Source: Lingula anatina
Taxonomy: Eukaryota; Animalia; Brachiopoda
DNA length: 64,000 nt
Assembly (NCBI GenBank): GCA_051362555.1
Contig: CM120645.1
Coordinates: 16,306,001-16,370,000, forward strand
Direction of reading: 5' to 3'
A model generated the notes under the pieces. The model saw only the letters and a program-made list of their open reading frames with translations, had not been told where the DNA came from and ran no database searches. The position numbers were made by a program, and so were the translations under genes. Shown piece after piece: positions 41,881 through 54,864 of the stretch (positions are counted from its first letter, which is position 1; every line of letters begins with the position of its first letter).

Positions 41881-44800
41881 TTATTTTGCCAGAGGGTCTT
41901 GGAAATTGACGAGGCAACCAGCTACAAAGACAGCCTGTGATGCTAGTTCTGTCATATTCAAAGGCATTGTACCTGCTATAAGTTTGAATTTTTTTAGGCG
42001 TTCATTGTACCTCTCAACATGGATTCGGGCCTTAGAAAGTTTTTTACACAGTAGCTCCTCCTGTGGTGTTAGTTTTTCTCTACCTTTTAGAAATGGAGGA
42101 ATGTTCAAAGAAACTTGTCTAGAAAGTAATAAATCCTCTACAGTAAAACCTCTATCTACCAAAAGAATGTCACCTGGTTCTAAATAATCTAAAATGCCAC
42201 ACTTTGAAAAAATTTCACGGTCACTAATGGCACCTTCATATAACTCAGAAATATAAACACATGCACCATTTGGTGCCACTGCAATTAGGCATTTGAAGGT
42301 ATGATGATTTTTGTAGTTGGAAAACAGATTGCCTTGCCTTGCAAAATTCCTAGGCATCTGGACAAAAAACTCTGTACAGTCAACTGAACATCTGACATTT
42401 TTAAAGCCTTTGAAGCTCTTAGGCATAAACTTTCCTAAAGTTGACCGATCTGGAAACATATCGGCCTTCAAATCAGTAAAATGAAAATAAAGAAATTGTA
42501 ACCAGGTTGTAAAAATACAGCGCACTGAAGTAATTGACAAATTGAATAAAAAACTAAGCATAAAAAAACCATAACCACGACGCAATCTAACCAACATTAT
42601 AAAAAGTTCATCAATGGGTCTGAGACTCTTGCAAGGCCTATGAGTTAAGTTCCAATATTTGAGATTATTGACAGCAGGCCCGAGAAAATTCAAGAACGAC
42701 ATAAAGTGAACCAAAGTCAATCCAGTAAAAAACTTCATCTGCTTAGGGTTATCTTTGACAGAAGCAAAAGACAAAGGAGGCTTATTCTTGCTAATGCTCC
42801 CAGGAGGTGTAATGGGGGTTGACAGGGTTTTCAGTTGGTTTTTCAGCAGCAAGTTTTCAACTTTACTTTGAAGATACATTCTGTCATATGCAGTCTGTGA
42901 AGCTGCATCAGCTACTGTCTTTTCATCAGCCTCGGTATTTTTCGTCAAGTGACATTGACAGGCAGCTTCAGTCTGAACCCCAACAGAAGCCATCTGGAAT
43001 ATACAAAATGAAAAAGTTGTCATAAAGCAAGAAAAGGTATTTTAAAGTAGGTGAGATAAATAAATAATGTCTAGCCCTGTATCCCTCTTTTGAAGTGTAG
43101 GGCAAAAAGATAAGAATCTTAATAGAGTGATGTAATGATGAATACAGGTGACCAGAACTGCACTAACAATGAAGAAAGACTGGAGATATACCTGTAAAGT
43201 CAAGTGACAGCTGCAAACAATACTAGAAAGGGGCAAGTGCTAACTACATGTTTTATGCCCAAACTTATTGTAAGGTGTCAGATAAAAATATGGCATAAAA
43301 ATACAGGATCTAATTAAGATGACATTTACTCTCTGGAAAGAAAGCAGAGGTGGAGAGGTTTTATTTAGACAACAAAGAAAACATGTATTACCAACATTTG
43401 TAATTTATATAAACATATTAAATACCTTTGGTCTCTCATTCAAGTTGTCCGTTTCTTTCTGTATTGCTTCAGCATGGTCCACCAGTGTATCCGACAGCTC
43501 ATTCAGTTGCACCAAGGCCTCAGCAGCTTGAATTTTATCCTGAATATTAATAAATAAATTGAATTGTTAATATTCTCATGCTGAATATTTTCCACATGAC
43601 ATTGTGATAAAATGTACATACCTGTTTTATCTTGAACAGAACTTACCAAATAACACATATCTTTAACATGTATTTATAAGCTGATTGATTTTTTTTATGG
43701 ATTGTCTATACCTTTATGTCATTCTTAATGTTTACCCATGAATTGTCCATCTATTTTTGAAAGCAGTTTGACATGTATACAAATCATAAGATTGAAGGCT
43801 AGCATAACTGCTCATCCCACACTTTCAACAGCCTTATTGACACCTCTCCTAAAAGATTGTCATCTACCACACCTACTATTAAGGTGATCACACCTGTACT
43901 GCAATGAAGCCTGTCATGGTATGGTTCTTACTATCATTTAATCTGAATTTTGCACTATTATGTAACCTATTCAATGCCTAGTTGACTTTTTCTAATGATG
44001 GCAGTAATTAGCTTGTTTTATCACAAGCCCTGAAATCTGACATGTGAACAGTTAATCTTATCTTCTAAAGATATGCTCTTTCCCTCTTCTCACTTTAAAT
44101 GGATCTAGCATGCACTTTCAAATGAATTTGTCCCTTTACATAAAAAGTAATATATTTAACCCTAGACAGACATGTAAACCTTTTGTATGACATTTTCACA
44201 TATATAACTTTTACAATAGACACAAAAAAAAACATGTGCTAGATTACCTGGTCTGCACAGCTGCTATCCTCTCTTTCATGTGTTCCAACACCCTCTTCTG
44301 TGCACGACGAGAATTCGCCGAGCTGGAGCAAGGCCTCTGCAGCTTGAAGTCTGTTTTGACGTGCTACTGGAGGCTTTCTCCTAGGGCGACTTATCTTCCT
44401 CACCTACATCAGAAAATAATATAAATTGGCTTATTCCTACATTGTTTAGAGAAGAATCTTAAACAAAAACCCATTTAAACCTCTTACTGGCCGATGGCAT
44501 GGATAGATTCTTTATTGATACGCCTTCACAAATAACGTACAATCAAAGACAATTTACATCTAACTATAACAGCACAAACAAGTAAATGAATAAATATACT
44601 TGATTTCAATGTTTACTTGTAGAATAATACCAATAAGTTAGTTTATAAAAAGATATATGAAAAGTAAAATGATAAATGCATGTTAAAGCAACCCTGTTGA
44701 AAAAAAACGAAACTACTATACTTACTCGTTCTGCACTGGCAGTAGCAGGTATAGGGTCTGGGTAATCTTCTGTTGGTCCACGACCGCCAACGAAATGTTT

Positions 44801-45007
44801 ACTGCAAATGTACGTGGACTTTGTTATTTTCTCAACATTGAATTGATCTTTGGGTCGCCCGCATGCATAGATCCACTTTTCGCACTTCTCCCGTTGAGTT
44901 TTAGGCTTTGGAAAATTGATGAAAAAAACCCCTTCCATCTCCGGTCTATCAGGGTAACGCGAGTCATTTCTGCAGGTGCCATAACAACAATGTTTTGTGC
45001 AAACCAT
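41881..45007 (-). CDS. THAP + HTH + DDE_Tnp_4 (Harbinger/IS5-like) transposase, ~554 aa; exons 45007-44726, 44403-44248, 43539-43426, 42993-41881
   Basis: THAP motif CCYGTC...FP.P...W..ACGR...ICSKHF...PDP. Three phase-0 GT-AG introns keep the frame open. HTH region DELFIMLVRLRRG. Catalytic motifs VDCTE, GAISD, VDRGF and RIHVER. Confidence 0.9.
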
Positions 45008-48000
45008 ACTCAGAGTGTAAAGCACTGAAACGTTTGCTTCTCTTCGATGAAAGTCACGTCACTGTCCCTGTATACACACTGTCACACTGTCCGACTTCGT
45101 TTGTTTGTACGACCATGATAACTAGGTCAAATGTGACGGAAGAGCTGCGCGCGCATAAATTCTAAAATTAATCGACTTGCTTCTCGCTATTGCTTAGCTC
45201 TTTGCGCGTCATATGTACATGTACTTAGCTCTTTGCGCGTCATATGTAAACGCTAAGATATGAATGTTATACCGGGTAGTTGATTGTTTTGCCCGGGCGC
45301 CGCACTTATGCTTTCTTACTAGAGCGATCTAGAACAACTAAGTCGCTAGTTTCCCCTGTTTGTAACTGTAGCAAAATATGTTCGACATGCCGTTTCTGCA
45401 CGACAGCCGGAGACACAGTAATTGTATAAGGCATGGTTTAAGCTTGTTCGAGAGATAATAACAGTCGCGTTTAACAAAAGATAGTAAGACCCCCTCCTCT
45501 TTAACTGATGTCTTACACTGTTAATATTGACCGCACTTTCATATATTATGTAATACACTGTCAGACTTTCCCCTGTTGCACGTTGGCGTTGGATTGTACT
45601 TGTGCCTCTGTCAATGCACCTCATTTAGTTTAAATATTTTTATCGCACAAACCTTTGTGGTTTAGAGTTATTAGTTTAGTAGTAGGAATAGGATGCTTGG
45701 ACAAAAAGCTTCTAGTCAACTCGCTTAGACCTAGGGTGTGATGCTGTTATCATCCGAGGAAACACCTACACTGAATCCTCTACCTGAAGTCCCTACCTGA
45801 AACAAAAAATGCCCCTTGAACCGGTCCATTTTTAAAGCGTCGAATCATTTTTGATATCATTGAGCGTCTTTAAACGAAAGCTTTTAAGTGACAAAAACAG
45901 AACCGTGTGGTGATTATTTATTAAAGCGTAGGTTTATTCATCATGATCTATTTTGTAAACAATACTTGCCTAGATTTTACTTGGATTGATCATCGTCACT
46001 GTTTGGCTACTCGCCTATAATGCGTTCTAAATATTATCTGTGTTACTGTGTATATGACCACGTTAAGTTAAAATAGAACGGTGTCGGTGATTTAAACCAT
46101 CCAAAATATTTATATTTCTCCTTTTAAAACCAGTGTTAGGTTAACATCAAGTCAAAGCAAGCCTTGCAGATTGATTTTGTTTAAATTTTCGTAAATTAAG
46201 TAAAGCTAAGTAAAGCCTGTTTCTAGTTCATCCATGCTATAAAACTGCATAAAGGATAACAAGTCTCTGTACCCAATTAACTTTCACAATGTCCTGTGCT
46301 TTAGAGTCCCATGTTATACAATAAAATGAGTATGGCCTGAGAGAAATATAAATATGAGACCGTGTATGAAGATGTTTCAAATAAGAAAAATCAAGAATTT
46401 AAACATGTTCGGTACATGCACATCACTTAATAAGTCATTTCACAAAAATGGCATCTAATTTTTCAGATAAACCTCCACTTTTATCGATGTCAACGCCTTG
46501 TCTGATGTTTACATGTAGGCGGTATACTCCAATATTAATTGCGAACAATATCAACAGCGACTCGAGATCGTTGCCTGTCTTTCACACTTTTACACAAACT
46601 CATGAAGGGTTAATAAAAGGATTCGCGTTGCGACATCTATCTCTTTCTTTCGGACAAGCAAATTAAGGGCTGACCCGATGTAAGCTTTCATAACTAATTT
46701 CTCTTTGACTGTACAGGGGTATATTGTAATTACCCCACTTGGTCGCCTCCATTGTCTTGTAACAGTGACAAAGAATGTGTTTTCACACGCTAGTTTACAT
46801 AACTCCTTTACCTTGTGTCTTTATCAATGTTATAATCAGTTTGAATAGGTTGTCTTGCCTCACTTAAAAAGGGAGTTGTTCTTCACACTGGTTGTTGCCT
46901 AACTTATGCTAACCTACTTTGTACAATTATGGTTTTAATACATCGCCAAAATTATGCCACTAGTGAACATTGTGTATCAAACGTTTTGATACGATTAAAT
47001 AAATGTGCAGGAAGGATTACGGAATGAGTTACTATTTACCCCCCCCCCCCCCCACGCGCCCCCCCCCCCCCCCCCCCCAAAAAAAAATGCTCTTTTGATT
47101 TCGAAATGAATTTGTTTTTAACGCAAAGAAGTCCAAAACTCCTTTCACGACTCAGTCATTGTACAGCATGTTGTAATCGATATTTAAAAAAGTTAATTTT
47201 TGTACCCCGCCTTTCAGTGTTTATTGTGGTGCTTGCTTTCATCGGGGACACTGCCTGTTGAGGTTACAATTACGTCGCTAGCCTATCTCCATAGGTTACT
47301 GGAATATATCTAAGTACACGTAAAGCTTTGTAAAGTCTCTTTTGTCACACATCATAGTTATTGAATTTTGTCTTGAATGAAAAAATACCCTCAAATTATC
47401 GTTTTGTGCTTAAACATTTCATAACTTGGACCGAAGTTTGATATACAGTGTACTGTAGCTACAATGGCATTCCACAAGTTGGGTCTGCTGGGGGAGGGGG
47501 GCATTTAAGTGGTAAACGAAGAAGTCCACCTGTAAACAGCAGCGGTTTAAATGATCGCTATCTCGGTTCCTTTTTCTTTGACAGCATCATAGAAAATGTT
47601 ATGGGATAAAGTCACACGTACCCACGGCGTTGTTTTGTCTTCAGCATTTCCTCCTTCTTGCTTACTGCAATTATTATCGTCAATAAATGAAACCGAGAAA
47701 GTATGCAATTAAATAAGGGCACATTGAATATAATCACTAGGTGCATTTCGCTGAGTGTTAACAAGATCTAGCGAAACATTTTATTTCAAAATAAATTTAT
47801 ATGTGATTTTACCTCTGTCGTGTGTGTTATTTCAAACAAAACGATTTCCTGAAAGACCAACTTTAAAATGTATGTCTATTCAGCAAAATAATGTAATTAA
47901 ATACAACTATGAGTAATGTATTTAAACTACGGCCGTATATGCGATGGCCATGTGGGATTATAATTGCATACCTTGATGCAAAACAGTCTATCGTTTCTTC

Positions 48001-50940
48001 CACCGCGAGTCCCTTTAATTAATGTATTATATTACTCTTTACCCTTTTTATTTGACACTGTCTCCGTTTCTCTCCCCTTTTCCTTTCTCTTGTAAGAAGG
48101 AGGGCAAATAATTAAGCATTCGAAATATGCATCACCAATCTTCAGAAAAGAATGAGTGAATGAACCATTGGGCTGGCACACAACGTCCGACACAGCAGAA
48201 TAAATTAAGTAACAGTTTTCACAGATTTAACTGCATTTAGCTGTATAGCGTCACTATATACATAATCCGCTGCACGCGCGAAGCTGTTGAACAAAAGGAT
48301 AGTTCTCTATGGAAGACCTTTTGTTTACATAAGTAGGCCTACTCTAAGGGGGCGTGCCTACCCAGGCGACAAGAGGATAAGGCTAGTCACTATATTCCGT
48401 CAAAATCGTTTAGCGACCCTATCATTATCACACTCCCTCTATTGTATTTTCTGACGTTATAATTGTATCTAATCTTCTTACGTTAGATGGAATAAATGCA
48501 CACATACATAATCTTATGACTGCAGTAGTAATAATAATTATGTTTCCGTTGTACGACGTTTTAAAAACGTCAGAAATGTTTTAATCCCTATCCTGTGAAT
48601 AGAAGGGGGCGGACAAACAATGGAGAGCCGTCTAATCCCTTCAAAATTCGATCCCAAAAACACAATAGTTTAGGCGTAATAACACACAATACCTTAGGCG
48701 AGTGAATCCCATGACGCCTGTTTCCGTGGCCCAGCGCGAGCGCGACAATCCGCTGTAACTTATTAACAGCAGGATACATCAGCCAGAAGGTACCCATTGT
48801 TTGTTGCGACGATAGGATTATAGCTTTAAGAGGCTAGAACCCATGCTAACGCGTGCCACTCCCGTGGCCAACTATCCTTTTGTTCACTAGCTTGGCACGC
48901 GCAGCTGATCATGTTTTAAGTGTTGCAAGGAAACTGCTAGTTAATTTAGTATCAGTAATTTAATTCAATATGAAGTGTTCCGTGGTCAAAAATCAACAAA
49001 TCACCCCGTCTCAAAAAGTTTAAAGATGCTCTGTACATAAATTTCCATTTCCATCGCGACCTGTGTAAAAATAGATTACTGTTTAGAAATAACAAAGAAA
49101 GAAACATTATTAAAACAATTTATTCACATTACAAGCTGACGTGTTGCCTCAATTACTACATTAAGTCACATTTTATATAAAATAATAGAGCGAATCCGTA
49201 AAAGGATAAATAATAGAAAGTCTTAATAAATAAATAAATAAATAAATAAATTATTTAAAGAATTAAGTAAATAATTAGATGACATTAAGAAACAAATAAA
49301 AAATAGATAAAAATTAGATGGTATAAATCATTAAATAAAAGATAAATTATTTCAAATAATTTCATAAATAAATTATGATTTTATAATTAAATGAATAAAT
49401 CGCTGTGAAGAAATAATCATTGTTGCAGCCAACGCGGTGAGTGTCTATCCATTATCAGGGCCACAGATAGATTTTCACTAGTTACCAGTATAGACAGATA
49501 TGTATCTGGTTATTTGATGGGACTTTTTTGCACGTGCGTTAGGAGAACTCGCACATAAGCTAACTACTTTTAAGATGATAGTGAGTGTCCTATCATTTAA
49601 AAGCCAACAAAATGTTTCAATCCACATTAGAGAAATTAGCCTCATAATTACATTTGTAATTTAATAACCGGGTGTATGTAACTCTTCGCTATTCAGTAAC
49701 AGTTATAAAGGAAAGTTAGATTTTGCTTGTATGAAACACACTTTTTATATTGATAAAAATCGACTGCGCATGGAGTATAATGATAATAGGCTTTCGATGA
49801 CGATTGTGCATGAAACGTTAAGTCATTTTTCCTTTTCATAATACCCAGGTGTTAAATCTTTTACTCGACGTGCATCTCCTCCTATTGTATAAGCATGATT
49901 TCAGGTTGTTCGGGAGCGATGACGATTGCGTTCAAAATGGGTTGTTTGCAGCATAAGGCCCTTATGCTTTCTGATATATGTGAATAAACCTAGCTTACTA
50001 AATAACTATTACCAAAGTACGTAAAGCAGGGCTTTAGGTTTAACAGTCTAAGATTCATTCAATATGGGCAGTTAACTTGGACCAGTATTGTTTCAAACCT
50101 TTGCGAATGAAACAGTCTCCGTCGTCAACGTAAATTTCCAATATGATTTTGCATCACTTATCTGATTTAACAATCTTATTGTTTAGGTTTGGTTTAAGGT
50201 TGTTTGAGAAAAGATAATGATCGCGTTTAACAATAGATTGCGGGCTATAGTAAGCCCCCTCCTCTTTGAGCGATGTCTAAGACTGTTAATTCACCGTACT
50301 TTCATAAACATGTAGTGTGACCACACTGTCAGACATCCCCCTTGCTGCACGTTGCAAGCGATTTGTCTCTTAACTATGACAAGGCGTTCATTGTTCTCGT
50401 TGTTGTTGTTCAAAAATGGACCACTCGTCAAGGCTAATTGCTTAGCTCTTTGCGCGTCATATGTAAACGCTAAGATATGAATGTTAGGCCTATAGTTGAT
50501 TGTTTGTGCCCGGGTGCCGCACTTATGCTTTCTTACTAGAGCGATCTAGAACAAGTTGCTAGTTTACTCTGTTTGTAACTGTAGCAAAATATGTTCGACA
50601 TGCCGTTTCTGCACGACAGCCGGAGACACAGTAATTGTATAGGCATGGTTTAAGCTTGTTCGAGAGATAATAACAGTCGCGTTTAACAATAGATAGTAAG
50701 ACCCCCTCCTCTTTAACTGATGTCTTACACTGTTAATATTGACCGTACTTTCATATATTATGTAATACACTGTCAGACTTTCCCCCGTTGCACGTTGGCG
50801 TTGGATTGTACTTGTGCCTCTGTCAATGCACCTCATTTAGTTTAAATATTTTTACCGCATAAACCTTTGTGGTTTAGGGTTATAAGTTTAAGTAGTAGGA
50901 ATAGGATGCTTGGACAAAAAGCTTCTAGTCAACTCGCTTA

Positions 50941-51459
50941 GGCTTCGTTCACATGGAAAGTCTATTTTCTAAAAATCTATTTTCTATTTGCGGTATATCT
51001 TGTGATCACAGTCTGTGCCCTGAATATCCCGCGGCGTAATTACTGGCAGCGCGAGCCAGTTACCTCCAAAGCTGTAATTAATTCTCGGCTGTGCTCGGAG
51101 GAGATTCTGATACCTTGACGCATGCGCAGTAGGAAGTTAGAAAGTTAATGGCGGTCGCTGTTGCTTTGAAAATGTGTTTGTGGATTTTGTGCAACAACAA
51201 GACGAAGAAGATGAAGAAGCTATACACACGACAGATACGAGTGCGACTGTCATGATCCGATGGCAAGCGATGCGGCAACGGAGGATGAGATTTTATAAAA
51301 TGCGAGCTCAGCCGAAAATTAATTACAGCTTTGTATAAGTAACTGGCTCGCGCTGCCAGTAATTACGCCGCGGGATATTCAGGGTACAGACCGTGATCAT
51401 TAGATACCGCGAATAGAAAATAGATTTTTAGAAAATAGACTTTCCATGTGAACAAAGCC
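50941..51459. mobile_element. PIF/Harbinger-type MITE, 519 bp
   Basis: ~125-140-bp TIRs GGCTTCGTTCACATGGAAAGTC... / ...GACTTTCCATGTGAACAAAGCC with a TTA TSD. It is absent from copies 1 and 2 (empty site CTCGCTTAGACCTAGG at ~45720). Confidence 0.92.
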
Positions 51460-52215
51460 TTAGGCCTAGGGTGTGATGCTGCTATCATCCGATGAAACAC
51501 TTACAATGAATCTTCTACCTGAAACCCCCCTAGCTGAAACAAAAAATGCCCCTTGAACCTGTCAATTTTTTAAAGCCTCGAAGCATTTTTAATATCATTG
51601 ATCGTCTTTAAACGAAAGCTTTTAAGTGACAAAAAAGAACCGTGTGGCGATTATTTATTAAAGCGTAGGTTTATTCATCATGATCTATTTTGTAAACAAT
51701 ACTTGCCTAGAATTTACTTGGATTGATCATCGTCACTGTTTGGTTACTCGCCTATAATGCGTGCTGAACGAAAGGCAACTTATAAATATTATCTGTGTTA
51801 CTGTGTAAATGACCACGTTAAGTTAAAATAGAACGATGTCGGTGATTAAATCCATCCAACATATTTATATTTGTTCTTTTAAAACCAGTGTCAGGTTAAC
51901 ACCAAGTCAAAGCAAGCCTTGCACACTGATTTTGTTTAAATTGTCGTAAACATTAAGTAAAGCTATATATATAAGTAAAGCCTATTTATAGTTCATCCAA
52001 GCTATAAAACTGCATGAAGGATAAAAAGACTCTGTAGCCAATTAACTTTCACAATGCCCTGTGCTTAAGAGTCCCATGAAATACAATAAAATGAGTATGA
52101 CCTGATAGAAATATAAATATGAGGCCGTGTATGAAAGATGTTTCAAATAATAAAAATCAAGAATTTAAACATGTTAGGTACATGCACATCACTTAATAAG
52201 TCATTTCACAAAAAT

Positions 52216-54192
52216 CATGATAAAGAATAATAAAGATATTCGCGGAATAAAACTTGGTGACACCGAATTAAAAATAACCCAGTATGCTGATGACACCACC
52301 CTTATATTAGATGGTAATAGGTCTTCTTTCTTAGAATCTTTCCGTACATTAGACTATTTCTCAAAAATTTCAGGTCTCCATATCAACAGTAGTAAGACTA
52401 AACCTGTGTGATTGGCTCAAGAAAATATAGTCGGGAAGTTTTTCACCACGTTAGATGGAAACTTGATTGGGGTTCGACTCAATTTAATCTCTTAGGTATA
52501 GAATTCTCGGTAAATTTAAACGATATGGTCACTTTAAACTTTGATAAACAAATCCCAAAGATAGAGGGTATGATTCGGCATTGGAATAGAAGAATACTTA
52601 CCCCTATTGGTAGAATTACTATCTTAAAAACCCTTATCATCCCAATGCTGAACCATCTTTTCATTTCTCTGCCATATCCAGATCCAGTATTCATCAAAAA
52701 ACTAAATTCCATTTTTTTCCAATTCATTTGGGGTAGCAAAATTGATAAGGTAAAGAGAGGTCAGATAGTAAAGGATTATGAATATGGTGGTCTAAAAATG
52801 ACAGACTTAAGTAAATTCATAACGGCATTAAAATGTACATGGATAAGAAGACTATACCTTAAAAATAACGTTTATAACACTATTCTCCAGAGCACCTTTG
52901 ATTTACAATCTATTTGGAATATTTTTGACTATGGAAATGATTATTTGGATATACTCTTACGCAATTGTAATAACAGGTTTTAGAGAGATGTCATTATTTC
53001 CTGGAAAGTTTTAACATACGGTATAGAAGATATGAATAGCAACCTCTGTGGTATAATAGTAAAGTAAAATTGGGTGGGGTATCAATATTGGACAAAAAAT
53101 GGTACAATAAGGGTATAAGAATAATTGGCGCTCTTTTCAACGAAGGAAAATTTTTAACCAAAGCTGAACTGGAAAGGAAATTTGGATTTCAAAGAGTATG
53201 TGATCTAAAATATTTTGGACTACGTAACAGTTTAAAATGTAGGCTTAAAAGAAAAGAACAATGAAGAAATTTTTGAAGAAATTTTATTTCCTTATATTCC
53301 TCAGCCGGTTCAGCTACTTATAAAGAGTCGAAATGGGTGTAAAGATTTCTATCAGGTTCTCATGAGTGAAACTCCTGAAAACTTGGTACACGAAAGGAAA
53401 TGGAACCTAGATCTAAATATAAATATCACTTGGAAGTATGTTTACGAGAATTGTTTCTATGTTACACGAGAAACAAAACTTCAGTGGTTCCAATACAGAA
53501 TAATTTTTAGAATCTTACCAGTTAGGTCATACCTGAAAAGAATCGGTATTGAGGTGTCAGAGAAATGCTTTATCTGTGGAGCGGAGAGGGAAGATTTGCG
53601 ACATGTATTTTTAAATTGCTATCGAATAAGAAACATTTGGACTGAAATGGAACGCTTGATTGCTAACAAAACTGATGAAAGAATTACACTCTATGATGAA
53701 AATATACTTTTTGGAGTATCCAAAACAAATTTCAAGCCTCTAAATTGCATTATTCTTGTCTCCAAATTTTATATATATACCTGTTTTAAAAGAAAAATGC
53801 AGCCGACCTTCCCTTCCCTTCTCTTATATATCAAATCAAAATTCGAATTAGAAAAATATGTTTCTCAAAAAAATCTTCAATTAGGCCATTTTCTTACAGA
53901 CTGGAGAACCTGGGATTCCATTTTTGACTAGTTTCACCACTTATAAATTTACTTTACTTTTTTCGCTAATTTCTTCTATGTAAAATATAAAATGTTTGTA
54001 TCTTGTTATGTGCAGCATCACTTGTAATATACTGTTTTGTATGTAGTCCGGCTATCTACATATATTTCATGTTTACTTAATGTATAATGAATGTCTTGTG
54101 TGTGTTATTGTGTGTGTGTGTGTGTGTTTGTGTGTGTTTGTGTGTGTGTCTACATATGTATTTTTGTTTGTCTTTTTGTGAATAAAAAAAAA
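52216..54192 (+). mobile_element. 5'-truncated, decayed L1/Tx1-clade non-LTR retrotransposon (ORF2 RT and C-terminal zinc finger)
   Basis: Motifs ITQYADDTT, LTPIGRITILKTL, GGLKM.D and C.IC...EDLRHVF.NC. There is a frameshift at ~52408 and a stop at 52981. The 3' UTR has (TG)n, AATAAA and poly(A). Confidence 0.92.
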
Positions 54193-54864
54193 TTTACCCA
54201 TACTCAAAACTTTCCAGGTGCATATTTTAAGTGAAAAAATATGGAATGACATTCGAAGTGTATTCCTACTGCACTGTTACTGCACCTGAAATATTCCACT
54301 GGCATTCGAAGCATTCAGAGGCATTGAAGGATTACTGAAATATTTGGGTCAATTTAAATGCAGATAGATTTAAAACATCCAAGTATATCATCATTGTAGC
54401 ACTGGCGCCAATTTCGAATTGTGTCCAAAAAAGCTGATCCGTAATTCTAAATACCCATCTGGATACCCAAACGAGTACTTGTGATCAAACATGATACCAC
54501 AGTATAAAGCCGAGTTGGCTCGAATCATTCACAACGTCGAGATAAATACACTTAATTTTACCTTTCGAACTTTAAGAACTTCTTTTACAACATTTTCCGC
54601 CCAGAGGCTTACCCTCATAGACTCTAAGAGTTAAGAACTTACAATAAAAAGCAAATGTGGATCCACTGTTTTGATATCAAAATGATTGTTACGATTCATT
54701 GAGTTGTGTTTTAACTAAAATAAAGAAAAACTGAAGCTGATACTGGATCGCCTGGGGACCTTGTAAGAAGCTCGCAACGTAGTGTTACTCGTTTGAAGTA
54801 AGCTCTAGTATCAGATTAAATATTCCCTTTACTTTAACTATTGTTTTAATATTCTCGCAGTTAC

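Larger units (their letters stand above)
37338..45188. mobile_element. Full-length, apparently autonomous ISL2EU-type (PHIS superfamily) DNA transposon, 7851 bp
   Basis: Perfect 12-bp TIRs AGCGAGAAGCAA / TTGCTTCTCGCT with an AT TSD (37336-37337, 45189-45190). The empty site GGCTA-AT-TGCTTAGC is in array copy 3 (~50432-50447). It carries two intact convergent genes. Confidence 0.93.
26889..52215 (+). mobile_element. Head-to-tail array of three copies of a ~5.3-kb non-coding TIR element (copy 1 26889-~35205, copy 2 ~35206-48522, copy 3 48523-52215 truncated)
   Basis: Starts TA|CAGTAGTAATAAAAATT at 26889, inserted at a TA of a host repeat. Collinear blocks recur, for example TATGTAAACGCTAAGATATGAATG at ~32861, ~45243 and ~50460. 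The ORF-track peptide MRCIDRGTSTIQ appears three times. Confidence 0.85.

Noticed and set aside
41881-43023. Domesticated HARBI1/ALP1 host gene
   Set aside because: It is bounded by TIRs and a TSD, fused to THAP, and absent from the paralogous empty site.
26889-52215. Helitron concatemer or LTR-retrotransposon explanation for the array
   Set aside because: No TC...CTRR hairpin ends, TG...CA LTRs or coding relics were seen. The ends look like TA-flanked CAGT-type TIRs.
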